In this document: piece after piece, positions 53,423-64,000 of the stretch
How the letters are laid out: the number at the start of each line of letters is the position of its first letter
How positions within the stretch are numbered: position 1 is the first letter of the stretch
Source: Eledone cirrhosa
Lineage: Eukaryota
Direction: 5' to 3'
Assembly: GCA_964016885.1 (NCBI GenBank)
Contig: OZ024747.1
Span: forward strand, 75,454,001 to 75,518,000
Length of the DNA stretch: 64,000 bases
The notes under the pieces: generated by a model
Databases searched by the model: none
Seen by the model: the letters and a program-made list of their open reading frames with translations, nothing else
What the model was told of the DNA's origin: nothing
Program-made: the position numbers and the translations under genes

Positions 53423-53564
53423 ACTTACGGCCGTTAAGGCAAGATCAGCACGAAAAGCCGACGTTATGTCAACCAAATGATGTGTAATATTTTTACAAAG
53501 TAACTATAAACTAGTGTAATACATACATACATAATACATGCATACTTACATAAATACGTACATG

Positions 53565-54290
53565 ATGGCTGCCCCCTCGTTATCGAGTATGGCCATTGCA
53601 CGATATACCATCATTAATAATTATTAATTAATTCTATCGTGCAATGCCTGTGCATGAAGATATTTTTTTAAGTGAGGAAAGACTGTGCACTGAGCCAATC
53701 CCACTCACTGAGCGACAGTAGCTATAACCCGAAAAGAAGAAAAGATCAACATCATCGGTAACTACTGAGCCGCAGGTTTTATATCGGAGTTATCCCAGTT
53801 TCCTGAGTTGCCTTCTCCTAGAATAATTGTTTCTACTATTGGCACAAGGCCAGAAATTACCCAGTACATTACTGGTACTTTATTTTATCGACCCCGTAAG
53901 GATGAAAGGCAAAGTTAACCTCGGCGGGATTTGAACTCAGAATAGCAAGGGCCGTAACTCTATGCATCAAAGCATGGCGTCCGACCCTCTACCGATACTG
54001 CCAATCCATCTCCTAGAATAATGCCCTGACAAAGGCTAGGGGTCCTTCACTCCCAGTGGTTTAACCGCGCGGTACATGTGTATGTACATATTTACACACT
54101 TTTGGATGGCCGTTGACTCTTATGAGTTCTTCCGCCCTTTGTCAGGTTTTGTTTTTTGTCCTGCAGGGTGTCCAAAATCACCCTCCTCACCAAGTAAACT
54201 TGGTGGCGTTGCCGGTTAAGTCACCGACGACCCGGCCATGCGACAGGTTGTACTGGTTACATGTTACTAGTAGCAGTCAAGAGTGACCCA
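53565..54290 (-). mobile_element. RTE-related non-autonomous element interrupted by a SINE
   Basis: GTTGCCTTCTCCTAG...CAAAGGCTAG and CACCAAG..CTTGGTG resemble RTE 5' regions; (TACA)n flanks. Confidence 0.45.
53828..54008 (-). mobile_element. tRNA-derived SINE with 14-bp TSD
   Basis: TSD TCTCCTAGAATAAT at 53814-53827 and 54009-54022; B box and core well conserved. Confidence 0.9.
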
Positions 54291-54718
54291 TACATGCATA
54301 TATACATAATACATACATAATACATTTTAAAAATCTTTTTACCAATGTATCTTCAACAAAGTCTTCACGTATCTGTCCAATATATTATTGACTCTCATCC
54401 ATCGTCTCGTGTGAATGTCAGGAGCATCATTTCCGTTCATCATTTAGTCATGATAAAATAAATAACCTTTACTGGTGTCGTCTGCTCAACAACTACCACA
54501 CCACACCACACCGCTTCCTCTTACTCCACTCATCTGTAGTTTTGCTCCAATCTAAGAAATCATTATAGCTGATATACAACAGAGTTGGGAAAATCAAAAG
54601 TCGGACTCGAATGAAACAAGTTGTAACAAGACCCAGTGAGGAAATCTCTGCTTAGAATTAGTAGTTTAATATATCTCAGATTACTTCCTACCGTGTGTGG
54701 AGGGTTGGGTGAATGTGT

Positions 54719-54759
<41 letters not shown>

Positions 54760-54812
54760 AGGGGTGAATGTGTGGATTGTGTGTGTGGGGTGGTGGTGTA
54801 TGTGTGGATTGT

Positions 54813-54844
<32 letters not shown>

Positions 54845-55127
54845 GGAAAACATATTAAAGAATCTAATTCTAAAACCAAGACAAACAAAAAACAAAACAG
54901 GATAGGAGGTCACTTGTGGAAAGCCGCCGGTTAACGGAAGTGAAGTCACTGGAAAATAAAGTCAAACTTTTGGTTAAGTAAAAAAAAGGGTTTAAACCAG
55001 AATTTAAGTCTTTCCAATGGTTTACAAATATACATTTTCACTGTCCTTTTATGATATTTAAACAAGATGTGATTTTTTTCCTCTGAGACTTTTTTTCTGT
55101 GACATCTTCCCTGGATTTGGAAAGATA

Positions 55128-55406
<279 letters not shown>

Positions 55407-56514
55407 CGATAAATACCGAGAATGACAATAAATGTCTCTGGAAAAGAGCTGATTGTTAGATTAGACCAAGGAAACAATGTTTCTATTGGCTTTTCCATTG
55501 TTGACACTATCTACCGGTCACAACTCCTGACCAAAAGAGGTGACGATTTCTGTCAGGAGTTGTGACAGATCCACCACCACTAAGCCAATATTGAATTTAC
55601 TAAACCCACTGTGTATGAGTAACGTTGGTCTCGCTGAATCTCCCTGAGAATCATATTAAGTGGACACGTACCTATGGAATGCTCGTTTACAGGTTAACTT
55701 CACGAGCTGGTTGTTCCTTTGATCAAACAACCGGAACACTCATCGTCAAAACCGACCGAGATGCATTCCATTCCCGTTCTCACCAATAATAAGAAACATA
55801 ACAACGAAATGACAACAAATGGTATACTTCTCATTACTGTACGCTGCAGATAGATTAAACCTACAGATCCTCTCTGTAATGTAACTATGACAGGATTGAA
55901 TGAGAGAATCATTGCACGGTCACTTGACCGGCTTAAAATAGCCGTCAAACCTCTAGTCTTAAAAAGGACACCTTCTATATGATGTGGTCAGAGATAGATA
56001 TTGTATGTTTGAATAAAATAAAATGTCGGCTGGAATGTCTTTGATCGTATGTTTGTTCAGTCAAGGATGATCTGAGCTTAGCCGCAACAGCAGTAACAAC
56101 AAAAACAGCAGCAGCAAAAACAACAACAACAACAACAACAACAACAGCAGCAACAATAACAAACCACCACCACAACATCATCACCATCATCATCATCATC
56201 ATACTAAATATGAAAGACCACAGCATAAACTAATCTTCCATTGAATCGGTATTCCACTTCTATCAATTTTTATCACGCCGAAAATTATCAATTTTATATA
56301 ATATTCTATACAACATAGAATTCTGTCTTCAGCTGCTAATGTGTTTTTCTCTTTTTCTGTAAAACATCTTAATTCCCCTTCCAAGTTGTAAGTACTTTTA
56401 TTTCTGGCTAGAAGATAGACGTTCAAAAGAGCCATATAAAATATAGTTAAAGTCGTAAAATCTTTACAAGAGTTTTCGAAGTGGGTGGCTGGCCCTGCCT
56501 TATTAGTTAAAGGT

Positions 56515-57380
56515 ATAAGGGCGGTGGATTGACTGTATCGATAGAGCGTCGGACACTATGGTTTGCGGCATATAGTTACGGCTCTCAACGTTGTGAGTTC
56601 AAATCAGGCGAGGTTAGCTATGTCTTTTATACAAGGCAAAGTTGATCTCGGTGGGATTGGAATTCAGAGAGCAAATTCAAAACGAATACCGCTACCATTC
56701 TATCTGACGTTCTAACCACTCTGTCTTCTATCCGACGTTCTAACCACTCTGTCTTCTATCTGACGTTCTAACCACTCTGTCTTCTATCCGACGTTCTAAC
56801 CACTCTGTCTTCTATCCGACGTTCTAACCACTCTGTCTTCTATCCGACGTTCTAACCACTCTGTCTTCTATCTGACGTTCTAACCACTCTGTCTTCTATC
56901 TGACGTTCTAACCACTCTGTCTTCTATCTGACGTTCTAACCACTCTGTCTTCTATCCGACGTTCTAACCACTCTGTCTTCTATCCGACGTTCTAACCACT
57001 CTGTCTTCTATCCGACGTTCTAACCACTCTGTCTTCTATCCGACGTTCTAACCACTCTGTCTTCTATCTGACGTTCTAACCACTCTGTCTTCTATCCGAC
57101 GTTCTAACCACTCTGTCTTCTATCCGACGTTCTAACCACTCTGTCTTCTATCCGACGTTCTAACCACTCTGTCTTCTATCCGACGTTCTAACTACTCTGT
57201 CTTCTATCTGACGTTCTAACCACTCTGTCTTCTATCTGACGTTCTAACCACTCTGTCTTCTATCCGACGTTCTAACCACTCTGTCTTCTATCTGACGTTC
57301 TAACCACTCTGTCTACTATCCGACGTTCTAACCACTCTGTTTACTATCTGACGTTCTAACGACCGCCAATTAGCTGCCTA
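56515..57380. mobile_element. Two tail-to-tail SINE heads (+ 56515-56630; - 56630-57380)
   Basis: Plus: GGCGGTGGATTGACTGTATCG..GAGTTCAAATC; minus: GGCAAAGTTGATCTCGGTGGGATTGGAATTCAGA, with the head ending CCAATTAGCTGCCT. Confidence 0.65.
56698..57360. repeat. 28-bp minisatellite, ~23-24 copies
   Basis: TTCTATC(C/T)GACGTTCTAACCACTCTGTC. Confidence 0.95.
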
Positions 57381-58059
57381 TAGAGGGTCGGAGGTGTTTG
57401 TGTGTATTGGTTTACGTTGTGGGGAAAAATGTCGACCATACTTATAGTCATGCTTATTTTTTTTCTAATCTCACTAATACTCTCTCTTGAAGAAGGTGTG
57501 GCTTTGGTAAAACAACAAACATAAAACGATAAAGTAACTGATTGATTGCATGTAATAAGAATATTTAATCCTGTCACTTTTCAGTTTAAAGTATAAATTA
57601 CGCTCCCTACCTTCATGTCTGATTTAGAAGAAAGCTGTATGGGGTCGCTTGCATTCGTAGAATAAGCGACAAAATCTTTTTGATCATATCTGTGCTCGAC
57701 GAGAGGCTAAGGAACAACAAACTTCAATATCCTGGTGTCAAAAATAAAAATATCTAATGGGCTGCTGGAAAGATATGCAACATCCGGTTTGAAGACACTT
57801 GCTGGCAACAAGAAACCTTACGCATCAGATATGGTAACCTTTCTTTCATTGGTGACCTCTTGTCGTGTCCTCATCAACAAGCTTCTCCACAACACAACGG
57901 ACCCTACTGAAATTGGGGGAACGCAAGGCAGCCTACACAACATGGAACCAGCTCGGCCTCCTCCACCCTGCGGACGTCGTCCGTCCTATTCCCCTCAGTA
58001 AAAATCCAATCCCCTCCAAAGCAAATGCGAATATATCATGCTTACAATATGTTAATCAT

Positions 58060-58305
58060 ATTCTTCTTCGCTCATTTATTCCTGAGAGGGTCGTGGGGGA
58101 AGAGTTCCCAAACACTCCTTATAGAAAGTACTGTCAAAACCAACCATCTCCAATTTATCGGGCTAGTTACCCAAGTGAGACCCTCCAAACTCATGGATGT
58201 TACCCAACCAATTCGCTCAGGGTCTACATCTGGGTTTCCTGCCAGTTGGTTTGTCCGTAATATCTATCCAGCGATTCTTTCCTGAGACATTCTAACTACA
58301 TGTGA
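58060..58305 (-). mobile_element. RTE-type LINE 3' end, degenerate
   Basis: HVVRMSQERIA...; ends CCCCACGACCCTCTCAGGAATAA like 12255-12370. Confidence 0.7.
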
Positions 58306-58932
58306 TTTTGTGTCTTTGTGATCGATCGATCAATGGAATCAATCCACAAGATCGAAGACCTAATTCTCGTACCAGGTAGGGTGGAACTCATCAAATCGGA
58401 CCAAGGAAACAATGTCTCCATCGGTCTTTCCATTGCTGATACAATCTACCGGTTGCAACTCCTGGCAGATAAAACTTTAAATTAAATATTTATATGTGAC
58501 TATGCCCGCAAGGCTGACTTTAAAGGGATCGGAACATTTCGGCAATAAATACATAAATTCCATGTTATTTTCATTAGTCCAATTCTTTATAACATCAAGG
58601 TCTTTTTGGAGATTATTAATGTTATTAGAACTTTTAGTTTCTTTGAAATTTTGATGTCGTTATCATTGCTGACTCTTAAGGCTGCCTTCATATTCTTTGA
58701 TATTCAAGTATGTGTCTGGTAAAGCTGTTAAAAAGTGAAATAAGTCGAGGATAGAATCTCCAACTAATCCCGCGTGGGTTGGTAAAGTGCTTTAGAACGG
58801 CTACCGATGGCTAAAACAGCTTGAATCTGGTCGGTGAAAAAAATGAAAAAAGAAAAGGATAGAAAAAAAAAATACACGTACCAATATATGATATGAGAGG
58901 ATAATATATATATATATCCTGCAACCACACAC

Positions 58933-59025
<93 letters not shown>

Positions 59026-59103
59026 TATAGAATATATATGTGTTTATATATTTATATGTATATATATAATGTGTGTGTTTATATATATATATATGTGTGT
59101 GTG

Positions 59104-59175
<72 letters not shown>

Positions 59176-59801
59176 AAGAGAAGGGGAGAGAATCAGAAGT
59201 ATTGTATACTTGAAAGATAGTTATACTCGTAGTTAGATCTGGAGAGGGGAATAGTGAAGTGTCCAGCAGTATTCCTGAACAACATTAAACACAAGTCTCG
59301 TCTCTCACGTGATATATAAGTAGCGAGAGATTGTAAAGGTAGAATACATATCTCTATCTCTTACCATTTTATAATTTTAAATTTTAAGCAAGGATTATTT
59401 CTTACATCTTACAGAAGTACATAACCCCCAGTGGCGATAATAGTAGTGGTGCTATTATAGTTGTTGTAGTAGTAGTATTGGTGGTAGTAATAGTGGAAGT
59501 AGTTATTGTAGTAGTAGTATTGGTGGTAGTAATAGTGATAGTAGTTGTAGTAGTAGTGGTGGTGGTAGTAGTATTAGTAGTTGTATTAGCAGAGGTGGTA
59601 GTAGTAGTAATAGTAGTAGCAGTCATTTCATGAAACATCCCCTTCAATGATGATAAAAGAAGTCACTTATTTGGCAAAGTTTCAAAAAATATGAATATTT
59701 TTGGTCAAGTAACTTTTCATTATTTTCTGATTTCTCTATCTCTCTCGCTTATTTACACATCGAGGCAGACACACACGCACACGCACACGCACACGCACAC
59801 G

Positions 59802-59908
<107 letters not shown>

Positions 59909-60231
59909 ACACGTGTGTGTATATATAGTCAGACATGCAGGATTAGTGTTATAAGTCACAGCCAGGCAGATTCCTCTCCCTAACATACCTGTACGTTTAG
60001 GTAGATTCCTTATTCCTTTTTTCAACCTTAGACGTAGTAAGGTGTTGAAAGCATGACAAACTGTCGGAAATAGTTCTTGCTATATTCTTTAGCTGATATG
60101 CTTCCAAACACTTTCAATCATGTTCAGAATGTTTCAAACAGCGTACAGCTGTTTTCAGTAGACGAATTCCTTATATTCGTTTATTCCTTTGCTGGTTTCC
60201 ATCAATGCTGAGGCACTATCTTCGTTTAAAT

Positions 60232-60544
60232 CAGGGGTTCCTACCTATTTTCCGCCATCGCCCTCTTTCATATAGAAACATTTTCCGCCGCCCACCTGGA
60301 TAGTAAATATTCAAAAGCATACCAAAAATGTTTAGTAAAGGTTTGTTACAAGTTCGTTAAAATTATTTAGCCTCCTGTTTTTTTTAAACTACAGGTTCTT
60401 TGCATATTTTATTTTCGGGTAGTAAAGGCTGAACTACCTTCTTAATACTTAAAATCCTATATCGTCCACCTAATTTTCCAAACGACCTCTCAATAGTTGA
60501 AATCGGCCACGGGTGAACGATATCGCCCAGGCTGGGAAACCTTG
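60232..60544. mobile_element. Old hAT/Charlie-type MITE
   Basis: Imperfect TIRs CAGGGGTTCCTACCT / GGCTGGGAAACCTTG; degenerate 8-bp flanks GTTTAAAT/ATTTAGAC. Confidence 0.6.
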
Positions 60545-60596
60545 ATTTAGACCCTCATAGTGACCCCAGTACTTACGTTCACGTGTCTGGTACATA

Positions 60597-60682
<86 letters not shown>

Positions 60683-60727
60683 TAATTTGTTGTTGCACAC
60701 ATACACACATACAAATACATATATAAA

Positions 60728-61773
60728 TTTTTTTTTTTTTTTTTTTTTAACCACAAACATGTTTATTTAACTCTACTGGGATGAAAGAATGGTATTTAAC
60801 TAATGTAATGGTACGCGATGGGGCCCATCCACAGCCCCGGCGGACAGAATGGAGAAGGCGTTTCCCTGGTGGACAGCAAGGGAGACGCGCTGGAAAAGCC
60901 GCTCCAACTCGCAGGGCTCACATCTACGGCTGGCCAGCTCAGCGCCTATGGTGGTGAGTAAGGAGGTAGCCCTGGGGCCGAGGACACCAGAAGTTTCCAC
61001 TGCCAGGGGAACGACCGCAAACCTGTCGGAGAGCGACTGGTATTTGAGGAGTTTGGCCCCCTCAGCCCGACGTGCAGCAGAACCTGGGTCAGTCGCAGAC
61101 TGCACCAGGTTGCGGCTGCAGAAAGTGTCGGTGCAAGTGGCATCCCAGACGAGGGGTTTGTCACCGCGGAACGGGAAGATGGTCATGCCATCTGGCCTTT
61201 TGCCGTCCCCTCGATCCAGCCCCACCGGCTCGTGCTGGGAAGGGAAGCCTGCAGCGTCCAAGCCATGCTTAACGACCTCGTTGGGGGCAGTATGGCGTGG
61301 AATGAGGTCGGCACTGTGGCGTCAGGAAAGCGGGTGGAGGCCGAAAGAGTCCACGGTGGAACCGCAGCGACATTGGTGTGGCTGGCAGATCCGGAGGCCG
61401 AGCTTCAGGGAAACGCCGATTCGCAGGCTATGGTTGTCTAGCTGCGTGCCAGTGGAGAAGAAGGGCAGGGCATGGAGCCAGGCACCACTGTGGGGTTTGG
61501 AGGCCGCACGAAAACAAGCAAGGCGGTGCTGGTCGAGCTGGCGCGTTAGCCTGTCTGAGGCCAGGCTGCACTGGATGGCATCCCAAGTGCGTTGGGGGGG
61601 GGGGGGGGGCTTGACGACGTCAACAGGGGAAGAAGGAGGAGGGACGTCTACTGGGCCAAGTCCCAGCCAGTCCCACGTCTCACAGGCGGCCTCACGTTCT
61701 CTGAACACAGAGGGTTCTGTTATGGGCCCCATCGCGTACCATTACATTAGTTAAATACCATTCTTTCATCCCA
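60728..61773 (-). mobile_element. 5'-truncated CRE-clade (restriction-like endonuclease) retrotransposon with poly(A), TSD and inverted cap
   Basis: Poly(T) 60728-60748; TSD CATATATAAATT at 60718-60729 and 61772-61783; 52-bp perfect inverted repeat 60777-60828/61722-61773. Confidence 0.9.
60800..61721 (-). pseudogene. CRE-type C-terminal zinc finger + PD-(D/E)XK endonuclease, with a premature stop
   Basis: SGAWLHALP, RIGVSLKLG, CRCG..D..GLHPLS* (TGA at the expected Cys), DGKRPDG...WDATC.DT...K..KY...PLAVETSG...GNA. Confidence 0.85.
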
Positions 61774-62564
61774 TATATAAATTATAGATTGGTTTTGATA
61801 TTTATTGTTTGATTCAACGATTGATTGATGTAATCAGTTGTTAAATTGATCCATTGGTTTATCGATAGACTCAGATTGATCCTTGCCGCACACGACTTCC
61901 TCATATTTACCTCCCTTTAAAATAAGGGTAAAATAAAATCCTATTACAACTTTGTAAGACAGAACATTTCAAATGATATATTAAACCCTGGATTATCTTA
62001 TCTAAACCCTTCTACCTTCTTAACATTGTACATTACTTTATGTCACATTCTCAACAAAGTTGTACAAGTTAAATCATGTTTAGTACTTTCTAAATATCAG
62101 TAATGTTACTGGCAGGGCAGGAGTGACTTTACATATCAACATAAAAGTTCCATCTAAGAATTAGCCTGTATAAATTAAGCTACTCCCAGCTTCGTTACAC
62201 GAAACTACAACAACTGTTTGCTGGCAAGCATTGACTAAATCGTCTGAAAAAGATATTAATAGGTTCCGAATTTTCTAATAAATAAAAATACATAATATAA
62301 TAGTTTAGTGATCAATAGTGATGGGAAGGCAGGATCGGTGGAGCATCACACGAAATGCTTTGTGGTTATTTTGTTACTTCCTTTGAATTTCAGTGTTCTA
62401 ATGGCACCAAAACCGAACTTGTTTTTCATCCTTCCGGCTTCGATACAATCGATTAATGACATTACCAGGAATATCTGGACTTGTGCCAGTGATAGAAATC
62501 GTAATATAATTGCTAATCAAACTTTTGATTACGCTTTGGGAGGTGTCAGCTGGTTATGAAATAC

Positions 62565-62750
62565 GAAGAACAAATTAGAAATTGTTGAAGACAGCAATCT
62601 GTCTGTAGCAAAGCCACACAAAAGCTTGAACCAGAGAATAAATTGTTGAAGAAGCTGAATAAAAAAGGAAGAGCAACTGTATACAATGAAGAAATCACCG
62701 TGGAATACCGTTGCATAGTCAGAAACTAGAATATACGCTTAACAAACTCG
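62565..62750 (+). pseudogene. Possible decayed pogo/Tigger transposase N-terminus
   Basis: KLEIVE...KKEEQLYTMKK pattern with stops; by-eye similarity only. Confidence 0.3.
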
Positions 62751-64000
62751 GTTCATTTCAAAGAAGAGCTCATAGGATCAATGTATTTAGATCAACAGCT
62801 TCCATCACATGAAATGGGTTACTGTAACAATACTTGTCTACGAAACACCTACATAGTATAGTATTTATTATTGGAAAGTCACATCTATATGGCCACCATA
62901 ATATAAAAGACGGCCATGCCACGAGAACCCCCCCCCCACACACACACAAATACACACACAAACACACACAAAGACACAGACACACGCACATACACACCGT
63001 CTAAACAATATTTGACATCGTCTCATAACCACGGTATATATATACACACATTTATACTGAAATATATATATGAAATGTAGATTATGTTCCCAAGAACTAT
63101 TTGAAATAATGAAGTCTAGGGATATCTTATTAAATAAAAGACAGGAATTAATTATATCGTGTAATCATAAACTAAAAAAAACATTTAAATATTATAAACC
63201 TAATTAATAACATTATTCTAGAATTTAATTTAATTTAAATGTTAGTTAACCTATAAATTTAATTTAATTAATATTTTATTACAGATGAGAAAATATTATG
63301 TAATCATAAATTTTGAAAAACCTTTAAATATTACTAATATATACTCAGTAATTTAATTTATAGATTAATTTTAATTTATTTTAACCTTTTATTATAATTT
63401 TTTTTATTATAATTCTTTTACAGATAAAATATAACAAAATAATATCATGTATCCTATGACGGAGAAAGAATTTTTAGTATTATAGACCTAATTAATATAC
63501 ATTTTGGAAATATATTTATTATTTGGTTTTAGTTTTAATCAACCTAAAACTTTAATTTTAATTTGCTTAAAATTAGTATCCTTGTACAGACGATTTGCAG
63601 AATGTCATGTAATCATAGAATGGGATGTGTTTTGGATATATACCTAGTTAATATATTCTGTGCAATTTTTTGAAAAAGATATGTATATCTATATGTATAT
63701 GTATATGTGTGTATTGTATGTGTATCTGTATGTATATTTATGTGACTATATATGTATGTATGTGTATATATATGTATATATGTATATATATGTGTGTATA
63801 TGTATATATATGTGTATGTGTATGTATATGTATATGTATGCGTATTAATTTTGATTTTTATTTGCATATAATTATATTATGCTATTGATGAAATACAATA
63901 TCTGCTTTATGTATTGTATACCTAATTAACATATACTAATTAACGTATACTATTGAAATAAATATATAATTTTTAATTTAGTTAACATATAATTTATATG

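Noticed and set aside
56698-57360. CRISPR-like array (also 9158-9350 and 53135-53422)
   Set aside because: Contiguous units without unique spacers; eukaryotic context; no cas genes
57735-58001. Possible R4/Dong-like remnant (TSGLKTLAG)
   Set aside because: Single weak motif; zinc-finger cysteines not found
60849-61754. 301-aa plus-strand ORF
   Set aside because: Antisense shadow of the GC-rich CRE coding region
63130-63600. Mitochondrial control-region NUMT
   Set aside because: AT-richness only; no mitochondrial tRNA or gene sequence recognised

Overview
Eukaryotic, very AT-rich, microsatellite-saturated DNA with no recognisable host protein-coding exon. The (TA)n/(CA)n/(GA)n load and the many tRNA-headed SINEs with a Nin/Deu-like core suggest a coleoid cephalopod, probably an octopod (inference). 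The dominant feature is two near-identical, intact, head-to-tail L1/Tx1-clade retrotransposons (40642-52291; ORF1 with zinc knuckle, ORF2 APE-RT-CCHC). They are stacked into the (ATT)n tail of an older 5'-truncated relative. Also present: one tRNA-Gln(CTG), an internally deleted hAT transposon with perfect TIRs and an 8-bp TSD, CR1/RTE/CRE/Vingi fragments, minisatellites and local duplications. Many Penelope-like 3' ends carry hammerhead-ribozyme motifs. Fold-back (inverted-duplication) structures recur across the window. The clearest caps a CRE-clade insertion whose empty site is also visible in the window. Most short ORFs in the track are microsatellite noise. All alignments and family calls were made by eye.
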